DNA from: Octopus sinensis
Lineage: Eukaryota
Direction: 5' to 3'
DNA length: 64,000 nucleotides
Assembly (NCBI RefSeq): GCF_006345805.1
Contig: NC_043002.1
Location: 31,248,001 to 31,312,000, forward strand
In this document: positions 51,901 through 64,000 of the stretch, piece by piece
Position numbering within the stretch: the stretch's first letter is position 1
Layout: every line of letters starts with the position of its first letter
Position numbers and translations under genes: made by a program
Notes under the pieces: model-generated
Database searches by the model: none
What the model was told of the DNA's origin: nothing
The model's input: the letters and a program-made list of their open reading frames with translations, nothing else

Positions 51901-52315
51901 ATCCACCGACCGCATTACGCGACTGGCCGAGGTCTGTGAGCGCTTGCTGAGACTCCAGATGCCAAGCGTCCTTTTTCGGTCTACGCTTGACCCAGACTGA
52001 GGGTCTACGCTTGACCCGAGACTGAGGAATATATATATATTCAAAAATTTTTTGTTCTTCGGTTTATGCTTTTTGGTTTAACGAAGTTTATATGCATGTA
52101 TGCAGGTATGTAAGTACCTACGACTGTATCTATATTTGTATGTATATATGCATACAAATATAAATACACTTTAATATATATCGAGAGGACGGAGTGTGTG
52201 TGTTTGCGAAAAATATGTTATGAAAATAAAAATGGGAAAGTGGTGAGTGTGAGTTACTGAGTGATAGACAGAGAGTTTGAGAGACAATGAGCGAGCGTAA
52301 GATACATAGACAGAT

Positions 52316-52377
<62 letters not shown>

Positions 52378-52590
52378 ACACACAGACAGACAAAGAGAAG
52401 ATGGAAGCACTGAACATATATTATTTCGCTTTTGTCTTGTGCTTGGAACTCTGTCATTGTATTTCTTTGCCCGTTTCCCCATTTCCTTTTTCTCAACTTA
52501 TTTCACAGATGTCAGTGTTATTGAATATAAATTAGGGAGCGGAACCAATTATCACAAACACACAGACGCACACATGCGCACACACACGCA

Positions 52591-52672
<82 letters not shown>

Positions 52673-52968
52673 GTCTGTCTATCTATCTATCTATCTATCC
52701 AATCTATCGCCCTATCTCTCACGCAAACACATATACTCTTATTCACTCAGAGCGCACACATACACACATTGTATTGATATTTAGAAGCATACATACAAAT
52801 ATTCACATTTAACCACTCTATCACAGTCATAATGTCTCTCTTACTCTTTCTCTTTTTCTCTGACACACACACACTCGAATACATGCAATAACAAACATGC
52901 ACACTCCAAGACAAACACATATAAGTACTATCCTACCCACACGCACAGGCACTTTTGAAGCCACAAAC

Positions 52969-53376
52969 ATACCTATTTATTTACTACCCACAAGGGACTA
53001 AACACAGAGAGGACAAACAAGGACAGATAAACGGATTAAGTCGATTAAATCGACCCCAGTGTGTAACTGGTACTTAATTTATCGACCCGGAAAGGATGAA
53101 TGGCAAAGTCGACCTCGGTGGAATTTGAACTCAGAACATAACGGCAGATGAAATACCTATTTCTTTATTACCCACAAGGGGCTAAACACAGAGGGGACAA
53201 ACAAGGACAGACATAGGTATTAAGTCGATTACATCGACCCCAGTGCGTAACTGGTACTTAATTTATCGACCCCGAAAGGATGAAAGGCAAAGTCGACCTC
53301 GGCGGAATTTGAACTCACAACGTAACGCAGACGAAATACCGTTAAGCATTTCGCCCGGCGTGCTAACGATTCTGCC
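52969..53376 (-). mobile_element. SINE family B with duplicated body (junction 53156/53157)
   Basis: One head and two ~185-bp body+tail units. A degenerate plus-strand copy abuts it head-to-head from 53379. Confidence 0.9.
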
Positions 53377-53796
53377 ATGGCGGCGAGCAAGTAGAATCAT
53401 TAGCAAACCGGACAAAATGCTTTTCTCTACCTTTACGTACTGAGTTCAAATCCCGCCGTGGTCGTCTTCTCCTTTCATTCTTCGGAGCCAATGAAATAAG
53501 CAACGTTAGAACAATTGACTCCATGCAATTGACAAGGTCTCTCTCTCCTAAAATATCAGAATTTGTGCCTTATAGCAGAAAGGATATTTCACTGAGAATA
53601 TACGATTACACATGCATCAACACAGGTGCATATACACATAAACACTGGCCTATAATTGCAAATAGACATGAATATAGGAACATTTCATCTTACATAATAG
53701 TATTGAGACATACAGAAATACTCACGCGTTAGATTTACAAAGGGAGCACAACACGTACTTATCACATACACAGAGGTATATACTAAAATACATATA

Positions 53797-54031
53797 TATT
53801 TCTTTACTACCCACAAGGGGCCAAACATAGAGGGGACAAATAAGGACAGACAGACAAAGGGATTAAGTCTATTATATCGACCCCAGTGCGTAACTGGTGC
53901 TTTATTTATCGACCCCGAAAGGATGAAAGGCAAAGTCGACCTCGGCGGAATTTGAACTCGGAACGTAACGACAGACGAAATACGGCTGCGCATTTCGCCC
54001 GGCGTGCTAACGTTTCTGCCAGCTCGCCGCC
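53797..54031 (-). mobile_element. SINE family B monomer
   Basis: Complete head (ggcggcgagctggcagaaacgttagcacgccgggcgaaatg), body and tail. Confidence 0.9.
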
Positions 54032-54911
54032 AAAATACATATAGCCACGACACGCAAACTCATATACACATACTCAAATTAAACAAATATCTCTCTATAC
54101 AGACATACATATATGTATATACGTGCATGTATGTATATATGCATGTATAAAAGAGCAAAGAGTTTTTGTGCTTTGTGCCCCTTATAGAGCAAATATTTGG
54201 TGGAAAGCATTCCAAAAGCGAACATCTTGTCTTTTGAAGCGTATTAAAGACAATATTATAAAACCTCTCTTACTATATCTTTTAACGGTTTTAACGGTGG
54301 TGGTTTAGCGCCTATTCTAAGCAGACCGACAGAAGCGACGAGTGCTCTCACAGCTAGTATTCTCACTGAAGTAAGGTAAATAATGAGATAAATGCCGAGG
54401 TTGCACTACTGCATGTAGGTAAACTGGAAAAACATTCACAGTACCATACACACACGCATATTTTCATAGATTTATACATGCATATAGAAGTGTGTATATA
54501 TTTGTGTGTGTGTGTGTATGTGTGGTGTGTATGTGCGCACGCGCGCGTGTGTGCGTGCATACATGTATATATATTGTTTGATGTTCACCAACAAGAATGG
54601 CACACAATGAATAATGCTATGAACCTATAATATTGGTTCAATTTATGTGAGCTTTTTCAATAATGCATGAAGAGGTCCCAGAAATAGGTACAGGTGTATG
54701 CGTGTAATATTTATCATTTTTACCAACAAACAGGCACACATGCACCCAGACGCTCACACACATGCATACAACACACAGAGATACACACAAACACACACAC
54801 ACACATACACGGTTACGTGTTTTATTCTTTATTTTGAAAATGAATATGTGTACTGTAACTGGAGTTTCCCATGAGTGGGATCTCCAGGCTGAATCTGTTT
54901 GCTACTCGGTT

Positions 54912-54945
<34 letters not shown>

Positions 54946-55477
54946 TGCCAGTATATACCCAGTGAAGCTTTTTTCTATAGCGTCGTAAAAGTATCGACTG
55001 CTATTTCCAGTTAATATTGGTGTATTGTTGTACCACTACTCTATATTTATACTTCAACATTTACGGGGATTTATTTTACTGCAAAGTAATACATTTGTAT
55101 TGCAATGTCATATTTTTCATTGAAAACTTTTCACAGTTCTCAGTCATTGATGTTGCAACATTTGAAATATTGTCCAGGTAAATCCAACTGATGAAGACTA
55201 ATCAATTTTACGTTGACAATCGTATTTGAAGAGCCAGAAACCTAGGTACTGGATTATCCGATTCTGGGTTGCCCATTTATCTAATGTACTTCCTTTCATT
55301 TTTGTTGCACTCATACGTCTTTGCCAGTATATACGCAGTGAACCTTTTCTATAGCGTCGTAAATGTATCGACTGCTTTTTCTAGTTAATATTGGTGCCTT
55401 TTTATACGACTACTCTATATTTATACTTCTACCTTTACGGTGCTTTATTTTACTGGCAAGTAATACATTTGTATTGC

Positions 55478-55480
<3 letters not shown>
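54946..55480 (+). repeat. Pair of diverged ~160-bp direct repeats (54946-55106 and 55322-55480)
   Basis: Both copies read tgccagtatatac.cagtgaa.ctttt..ctatagcgtcgtaaa.gtatcgactgct...aagtaatacatttgtattgc.at, with ~215 bp unique sequence between them. Confidence 0.85.
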
Positions 55481-55521
<41 letters not shown>

Positions 55522-56564
55522 GTAAATGTTGAACGATCAAATAGACATACATGCACACGCACGCACACACGCACACACACTCACACATTAATTATAAGTG
55601 TAACGATATATAAATTGAATTTTGTGGCAGATATACAGGTATAGAGATGAAAAGATTCCAAGTCTGTAGTATTCGAAAGTTACCCGAAATTATCTATAGC
55701 AGACAATGGTACATTGAAGCACAGTATGTGTGATAAAAATCGCTTGAAACAATCCATGAAGAGACGGAATGTCGTGTAAAGCAATAAAAGATATGGTGTT
55801 ATCTCATTCCAGGCAGATTTTGAACCAAAATTTAAGTGTTACGTACTCGATTAAACTCATTCTCTACTGATGAATCAGATGACACTTGACACAGCATTTT
55901 TTGAACTTTTAGTTTTCTATAATTTATACCAACATATTTATTTCTTTTTAAAGAAAATTTTAATTTCGGAACTAAACAATTAAAAAATACAGACACATAA
56001 AAATGTTTATAATGGCGGAATTTCATCATTAATCAACATTTGACGTCTGTGGTTGGAGATTGGCACACATTTTGGTAGCAGAGTGAAATACTGAAAATTA
56101 AGACGAACTTTTAGAAAATGTTATTAGAATTCAATCTGAGTTACCTTTTATTTCGTTGATATTTTTAAAATCTTTGTTTTGACGATGTTTGTTCTTTGCA
56201 CATGTGACTGTATTGGTTTGCATTCATAAAATATATTTACAATTGGACGAATTCTACACATTTGTCGGTAATATAATTGAATGCAGCAGATGGCCTAGAA
56301 GTTAGGACTATTTATTGGACAACCAATCAACATTGTTTTTCTTTCTTTTCTTTTCAAATATCCATTACACGTCACGCTGAATACATAACACGTATCGATA
56401 CAATTCACCGTGTGTGCCAGACTAGTCTTAGATATTTTGTAAAACCTTCAATAAGTCGCTAAAGGGCGTTCGATTTCCGTCTTTAATATGTGTGCTCAGA
56501 ATATATGATCAGTCCTATTATCGTTGGTATCATCAGTGATACAATTTTATCATTTTTTTCTCAA

Positions 56565-57142
56565 GTCGGCGAGCTGGCAGAAACGTTAGCATGCCGGGCG
56601 AAATGCTTTGCGGTATTTCGTCTGCCGCTACGTTCTGAGTTCAAATTCCGCCGAGGTCGACTTTGGCTTTCATCCTTTCGGGGTCGATAAATTAAGTACC
56701 AGTTACGCACTGGGGTCGATGTGATCGACTTAATCCGTTTGTCTGTCCTTGTTTGTCCCCTCTCTGTGTTTAGCCTCTTGTGGGTCGTAAAGAAATATGT
56801 ATTTCGTCAGCCGTTACGTTGTGAGTTCAAATTCCGCCGAGGTCGACTTTGCTTTCATCCTTTCGGGTCGATAAATTAAGTACCAGATACGCACTGAAAT
56901 CGATGTAATCGACGTAGTCTCTTTGTCTGTCCTTGTTTGTCCACTCTATGTTTAGCCCCTTGTGGGTAGTAAAGAAATAGGTATTTCGTCTTTCTTTAAG
57001 TTCTGAGTTCAAATTCCACTGAGGTCTAATTTGCCTTTCATCATTTAGGTGGTCGATAAATTAAATACCATTTGCGTTCTGGGGTTGATACAATCGACTG
57101 GCCCCTCCCCCAGAGTTTCGGTCCTTGTTCCTAGAGTAGAAA
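56565..57142 (+). mobile_element. SINE family B with triplicated body
   Basis: One head, then units starting gtatttcgtc at 56613, 56799 and 56981. The last unit has the alternative (older-type) tail. Confidence 0.9.
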
Positions 57143-57561
57143 ATAACATTTTGTAGTATTTCTTTTGCTTTGAATCTATATTTTATAGTTGTTTATTTGA
57201 TTTCAAAAGAACGAAGAAATAGGAAGGGTAGTTATAGAAGCTACAGATATCAAACACAGTATTATGAGTCATTTTCTTAACCGCCCTCCATCCATTAGAA
57301 AGAATTGAAGCAACAATAACATGTATAACAAGCGTTGCTTCCTGTATGAAATAGGAAACCATGATGACAAAGGTGCGAATGATATGATAGGGATGCAAAA
57401 CCTAATAAATGTCCAATCCCATTTTACCAAAATTTACAAATACTAAGGACTGTGACCCCATCATTCTTCAGAATGTGTGTGTATGTCTCTGTGTCAGTGT
57501 GTATGTGTGTACGAGACTGTGTGTGAATGAGAGAGAGAGATATATAAATAGATAGATAGGT

Positions 57562-57600
<39 letters not shown>

Positions 57601-58632
57601 TAAATTGTGTATACGTGTGTGTGAGCAGGTTTGTATCTATACACCCATAGACTCACACATCCGAATGACCAGCTAATAAATAAAAGACAGGAGAAAGTGA
57701 TTAAAAGGCGGTTGCGGTATTTTGTTATTGCTGAATATCAAAATAAAAGGTATCGTTTACAAAAGCTGGTGAATGACTGACTGAACGGACATAAAGTAAA
57801 ATTATAGCTAAACCAGTGAGCTGGGTGGGTTCACAGAAAAAGATGATAAAGAGCCGGTTGGTTTCTCTGTTTTTCTTCTATCGGTTATTTAGGAATGTAA
57901 CATTTTTTATTTACTTTAATGTCTCATAATTATTTATCAACTACCATATTTCTCTTTCTTTCGTGTTTCCTCTTTTAAAATTCAATGTTGTTTTATAACG
58001 AACGGGATTTTGTAGACTACCAGTTGCCATATTGTTCTACAATATGAATTAATCTACGAGGTATCCTATCTTCAATAAGGGCAAGTTGGATGATGTATTT
58101 TTTGGTATGCCTAAGATCCGGATGGTCATAGCTAAACTGCGAATGTTGCTTATATAGGGATTTTGTATCGTCAGTTCTATTTATCTGGTGAGGTCTGACC
58201 TGGCCTGACCAACTGCATATTGCTGTAGCCGCACAGGTGTATAGTTTTCGAAGCTTTGATTGAATAAATGGCAGGTGGTGTGTACATATTTATGAATGCA
58301 TCTTTGTGTTTGTGTTTTGTGTGCGGATGTATGTGCGGCGAAAAGCAGAAAGAAAAAGTTGTGTGAAGAGAGGGGGAGAAAGAGAACCATCACAACAAAA
58401 ATAACTAAACAGTTAGGTTTTTTCAGGAGCTGCATGGGAGCCTGCATTGGAAGACTATACACTAAAAAGGAAAAAAAACCGTAGCTGTGCATGACCTAAA
58501 TGGACGCCATAATCTTTACGAGATGAAGGCTGCTGAGTATTGCTTGAATGTGCATCATTGGCAGAAAGCGCTAAGATCATTTCAGTCTCAAATCGAGAGC
58601 AGATACAGCAAATGTCTCCCAGGAATTATATA

Positions 58633-58665
<33 letters not shown>

Positions 58666-58671
58666 CAAAGT

Positions 58672-58948
58672 TTAGACAGAAAAGGGAGAAGTAAACGAAG
58701 ACTGGTCGAAAACATGCCGGACAGAAAAAGGAGACGAAAACAAAATACAAGCAAAATCCACAGCCGCTTTTCTCATCAGCTGTTTTCCGAGACACCTTAG
58801 TGGTTAAGGCGAAGAACCACTAAGAGGTCCCGGAAACCAAAGGAGGAAAAAATCGGCTGGGTATGATGCTTGTATCGTGCTTTTGTCTCCTTTTACAGTC
58901 AGGTGTATTTACGTCCTATTTTAGTTTGCTTTTCCCTTTTCTGTCTAA
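58672..58948. other. Ungapped imperfect palindrome (134-bp arms, 9-nt loop): MITE-like or hairpin RNA
   Basis: 58672-58805 vs the reverse complement of 58815-58948 gives 102/134 identical and zero indels by manual alignment. Loop is aaggcgaag. Confidence 0.85.
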
Positions 58949-59074
58949 CCTAGCAGCTCGGTAAAAAGAGTCTGATAGAATAAGTACCATATTTAAAGTA
59001 ATTTGAAAGGATCGATTTGTTCGTGTATACATATGTAGTTTATGTAGTTTCGCAGAAATACAAAACCCTACCGG

Positions 59075-59925
59075 CGTTGCGTTACTGCAGCTGGAGTTGG
59101 ACTGAATTTACAGATGGGCTGAGGATAATATTCAGTTTAATGTTGGAAAGTTCGACGACCTGCGCTACCAGCAACCAAAATTGAACGTAGAACTTACAGG
59201 ATACTCTGGCCCACGGGGGATTACAATCCCAGAATCTAAATCAATGTGGGACCTGAGGATCGACATGTATGATGGCACCACTTTCCAAGTGCACATTACT
59301 AAGATGGTGACAAAATGCAGACAGCTGGCTGGTTGGGTCCTCCACTGGAGGACATTCGCCGTCAGCCTCTTAGACTACTGCTTCCAGCTATGGTCACCCC
59401 ACAATGTAAAATTAACAGCGGACCTTGAAGAAATTCAGCGAATTTTCACAAAGAAGATCGTTTCATTGCAACAGCTCAGCTACTGGGAAAGGCTTAAACA
59501 GCTAATACTCTACTTCCTGGAGAGAAGACGAGGAGATATGCAATAATATACATCCGGAAGGTCCTGGAAGGTATTGTGCCAAATTTTGTCATAGAAAGCT
59601 ACACAAATTTAAGGACAGGTCGACACTGCACGGTGCCAAAAATCCCAGCAATGCCGTTGCGCTTCAGGACTAGTTACTGCAAGTGAACGGGTTTCAGCGG
59701 CCCAAAGAGCCTGAGTGGATGTGGATGTTTTCAAATCAAAACTGGATCTCTTTCTGTCTAGAGTCTCAGATGAATCTACCTCTCAGCAGGAGGCGCAAAT
59801 GAGGGTAGCAACGTCAAACTCCCTTACTCACCAAATGCCACGTATCAGGCTCTCAATATTAACAGTGTAAAAAAAGCCGGTTGCCCCAGCACGGCCACGG
59901 CTTCCAGCTGAAACTGATAAAGTGA
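59075..59925 (+). mobile_element. CR1/L2-group LINE 3' fragment (RT C-terminus and 3' UTR), decayed
   Basis: IYRWAEDNIQFNVGKF...LLDYCFQLWSPH...LEEIQRIFTKKI...LSYWERLKQL...LERRR; after frameshifts continues with YIRKVLEGIVPN and VFKSKLDLFLSRV. Typical CR1/L2-group ORF2 end. Confidence 0.85.
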
Positions 59926-59936
59926 AAAAAATGTAC

Positions 59937-59980
<44 letters not shown>

Positions 59981-60030
59981 TGGATGTGTGTGTGTATGTA
60001 TATACATGTGAGTGTGCATGTATGTGCATG

Positions 60031-60090
<60 letters not shown>

Positions 60091-60736
60091 CAGATATGTG
60101 TATATATATATCTAAATACATATGTGTGTGCCTGTATGTGTATGTATGCGTGTGTGTTTGTGTGTGCTTGCGTGTGTGTATATGTGTGTGTGTCTGTGTG
60201 TCTGTGTCCATTTATTTATCTCTCCCAAGATTTATTTATCTCTGCGTCTGACGGGCTGATTGTCAGTCACTCACTCTCATCCACTATTATCTTTCCCTAT
60301 TTTTTTTACGATTATTTGACCTTTTGCTGGCCACGAAAAGGATAAAAAAAAAGGGTTTATTATATGTCATGATATCCCAGAATTGTTTGAACTTTTTCCA
60401 GATTATTTATCAGATAGGCAATTCGGTTATTTGAATATAATCTCAACTTTGACCTAAGTCAAAACCTTTTAATTTCATTCCGTGCTTTGCTCAAAATGCC
60501 ATATGTATGTGTAAACATAAAAGTATGTTTACATATTAGTATATTAAGTATGTGTATGTATTTGAGTGAGTTTGTGTTAATGTGTGCGTGTGATGGGTGT
60601 GGGCTGAGGGAAAGGGCGTTTAAGAACAGTAACTAGGAAAGGATAACGCTGGATTAAAGTTTTTTTTTTTTTTCACTAGTAATTTATGTTCTTCCTCTTT
60701 GCTGTGTGTTTATGCGCGGGTTTATAGTTAGATAGC

Positions 60737-60768
<32 letters not shown>

Positions 60769-60818
60769 TATTATCATATTATATATATATATATATATAA
60801 TTATATATACATACATAT

Positions 60819-60863
<45 letters not shown>

Positions 60864-61079
60864 TATTATATATTATATATATATATATACATATACACAT
60901 TACATGTATATATATTTACATTATATATATATATATTATATATATATATATGATATGTATACATAAATATATAAGTATATTATATATATATATAATATAT
61001 ACATAAATGCATGAATGCAGACGTATTCGTGTATGTATATATATATATATAATTGTGTGTGTGTGTGTGTGTATATACA

Positions 61080-61121
<42 letters not shown>

Positions 61122-61289
61122 TATGTATATGTATATATATATAGATGTAAATATATATATGTTATGTATTATGTATATATGTATATATAGGTATATATAT
61201 ATATATATAATATATATATATCTATATATATAAATACATACATACATACATACATACATCATACATACATACGTACATATTCTTGCATT

Positions 61290-61640
61290 GTTTTATTCTC
61301 TCGTTTCATTCATTTCATCGTCGCCATACTTGAGTACCGCCTTATGATGGTTTTAGCCGAAGAAATCGACCCTAGGATTTCTATCTGTATCATTTGCCGA
61401 TCCTCTAAGTTACAGAGCTAAAAGCACCGACACTAGTTGTCAAGTAGTGATTGTGGGACAAACACACACACACGCGCACACACACACACACACACACACG
61501 CAAACACACACATATACATACATGGTGGGCTTTTTTTAGTTTCTGTCTACCAAATCCGCACAAACGACAGCATCCCAAGGTGCTATGTAGTGGGACTGCA
61601 CGTGTGGTAGGGAAGCAAGGTTGTTATCACCCATCCACGC
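61290..61640 (-). mobile_element. SINE family A, degenerate
   Basis: cgccatacttgagtaccgcc...aaatcgaccctagg...gtttctgtctaccaaatcc...agtgggactg. Confidence 0.65.
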
Positions 61641-61706
61641 CTACCTCTCTTTCCTCTTCTTTCTATCTGTCTGTCTCTCTCTCTATATATATATACACAC
61701 ACATAG

Positions 61707-61747
<41 letters not shown>

Positions 61748-61803
61748 CACATATGCTTATATACATACATACACACATACGCACATACTCATATGCTAGC
61801 ACT

Positions 61804-61847
<44 letters not shown>

Positions 61848-62214
61848 CATATATTCATATATGTGATACGAGCGTCAAGGATGTATTTAAATGAATCGCA
61901 TCTCTCACTCCTCAACATTTCTTTTTGCCTATTCATTCGTTAAATGAACTATTGCATCCAGGTTTTATCATTTTACTGGAGTTTTGTTTTTTCTTTTCAT
62001 TTTTTACAGTTGGTTTAAAACCATATTGTCCTATATTTAACTTTTCTAGAAGTTCCAAGTCTAATATTCAAAAATTTGACATGACTGGCGTCTGTGGTGA
62101 AATCCTGCATATAGTGCCACGAAATGCTTTTTACCGTCACTCTTTTACATCAACACTCACCTCAGATTTGTTAAAATTTAATCCCTATTTCTTAATTATT
62201 TTATCATACCAGTA

Positions 62215-62460
62215 GCTACGGGGTGATTTTCGGTAGTTTGTGCTCATGTCTGTTTTACTTTTTCATAACAGTACGCTTTCGATAATTAACCCTGAAATAT
62301 TTAGGGAGGAAGTAAGTCGATTGCGTCGACACCAGTTCACTACAGATACTTATTTCATTGACCCAGGAAGGATGATGAAAAGCAAAGTCGACCTCGGGTG
62401 GGGTTTGAAGTGAGAACGTAAAGACGGACAAACCACCGCTTGACATTTTCCCCGGAGTCC
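62215..62460 (-). mobile_element. SINE family B, degenerate
   Basis: aagtcgattgcgtcgacaccagt...gaaggatgatgaaaagcaaagtcgacctcgg. Confidence 0.65.
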
Positions 62461-64000
62461 TCGATTATGCCAGTTTTCTGGAGTTGATATTCTGCTTTTG
62501 TGTGGAATATGTTAGCATTCGCCACTAGTGTTATTGCAACTTTGTTTTATGGTGTGTCTTACAAATGCAGGCTTGTCTTACGTCGGACTGTTATACTAGT
62601 CTCTGCAATGTAACGGTTTGATTCTTCAATTTTGTATGATTCAGTTTTATAACAAAGATTATAGAAGAAAAGTACGGCTGGAAAGTCTACACAAGTATAA
62701 ATAGCAAAATAAACGCAAAACAAAATAGAATGGGTTCGTGAAGGTCCAGGGCCATCGTGTAGGAACTTAGGTATTTTATTGTCCTAAACAAGCAGTTAAA
62801 CAAAAGTAAAAAGTAACATAAAAAAAGTAACGTAAAAAGGATGAAATCAAACTTGAACATATTCGTGTATTTAGTGAAATACACACTCGCAAACACACAG
62901 AAATCAATACACACACACACACACACACATATACATATATGTATCCAGATATATGTATAAAATATATATATATATAATATATATATATATATTTATACAT
63001 ACATATATAGAGATAGAGAAAGAGATAGAGATACATAAATTTATATGTATATATATATATATATGTTCATATATATATATATACGGATACGTTTGTGTAT
63101 ATGCGAGTGTACCTATATATATGCACTTACACTCTCACACACATACAGGCACTCGCATTTCTAAGCCTACATACCATTCTTATTTATCACTTTAAAGTTG
63201 TACATCTACACTCACTCTGATAAACACATACATAACATCCCCACCCAATACACACACTCACGTATCCCCAAACACACACGGACACATTCTTATACACAGA
63301 TTACACTAATCTAGATAACAGATACAAATATTGCTCAAAAGCATACGTCAATATTATTGGCTGAATCACCCTTATTATCATCACAATCATCATCATCATT
63401 ACGGTTATCATAATCATCATCATCATCATCATCATCATTACCGTCATCGTCACAGTTTATCAATGATCAACGTGTTTAGCTTTGCAATAAAATAGATCTT
63501 AATAAAAACTAGTCATAAAAGAAATACCAACGATAAAACGAACATTGTTGATAAATGTTATTATATAAAGCTAAATACTTCTAAATTTCCGTGGAATTGT
63601 ACGATATAGGAAGTAGAAGACATTTTGTTCATAATTAGGAAAAAAGGAGAGAAGACATGGCGCTTATGATGTCAAGTGATAAGCGGTTTTTACAATTAAT
63701 GCGAAACTTAATTGAAATAATATACTGTGAAATTTCGATTCATTGTCAATATTGTCTGTTTCTCTTTCCAATACGTGCATACATGTATGTATGTATGTAC
63801 TTATATATCTATCTATCTATATCTATCTACACATATATATATATATACATATGTATGTGTGTGTGTGTAAACGTACACACATACAAGCATACATGTATAC
63901 ATACAAACGCACACACACATGATCATTATTCGCTCATTTATACGACTTTTTCTATATTTCGTGCATATATTTATTAATTCTTTTGTTTCTCTGAATTCTG

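Noticed and set aside
51978-52026. 24-25-bp tandem duplication ggtctacgcttgaccc(g)agactgag
   Set aside because: A simple local slippage duplication next to (TA)n, with no further structure.
56613-57142. Regularly spaced repeats as a CRISPR-like array
   Set aside because: The units are ~185-bp SINE bodies with no unique spacers, in eukaryotic context and with no cas genes.
58690-58790. CUGAUGA on the minus strand inside the 58.7-kb hairpin as a hammerhead
   Set aside because: No properly placed GAAA or helix III; the surrounding pairing is explained by the long palindrome.

Overview
AT-rich, microsatellite-saturated eukaryotic DNA, intergenic or deep intronic. The SINE families look like those I recall from Octopus (coleoid cephalopod); this is recognition from memory, not a database result. 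I recognise no host protein-coding gene or intact RNA gene. Nearly all ORF-track entries are translations of simple repeats or SINEs. Supported content: many copies of two tRNA-derived SINE families plus a third CORE/V-like SINE; CR1/L2-like and RTE-like LINE 3' fragments; a Penelope-like element fragment with GIY-YIG endonuclease; several decayed Tc1/mariner elements; MITE/foldback and Helentron-like non-autonomous elements. The most notable signals are structured RNA elements. (1) A 484-bp near-perfect palindrome (36241-36724) whose two arms each encode a type I hammerhead ribozyme pointing outward. (2) A second inverted-repeat element with a related hammerhead (49400-49900). (3) A minimal hammerhead at 42170. 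(4) A 277-bp completely ungapped but 24% mismatched hairpin (58672-58948). (5) A foldback element with a telomere-like core. (6) SINE multimers that repeatedly use the same internal junction.
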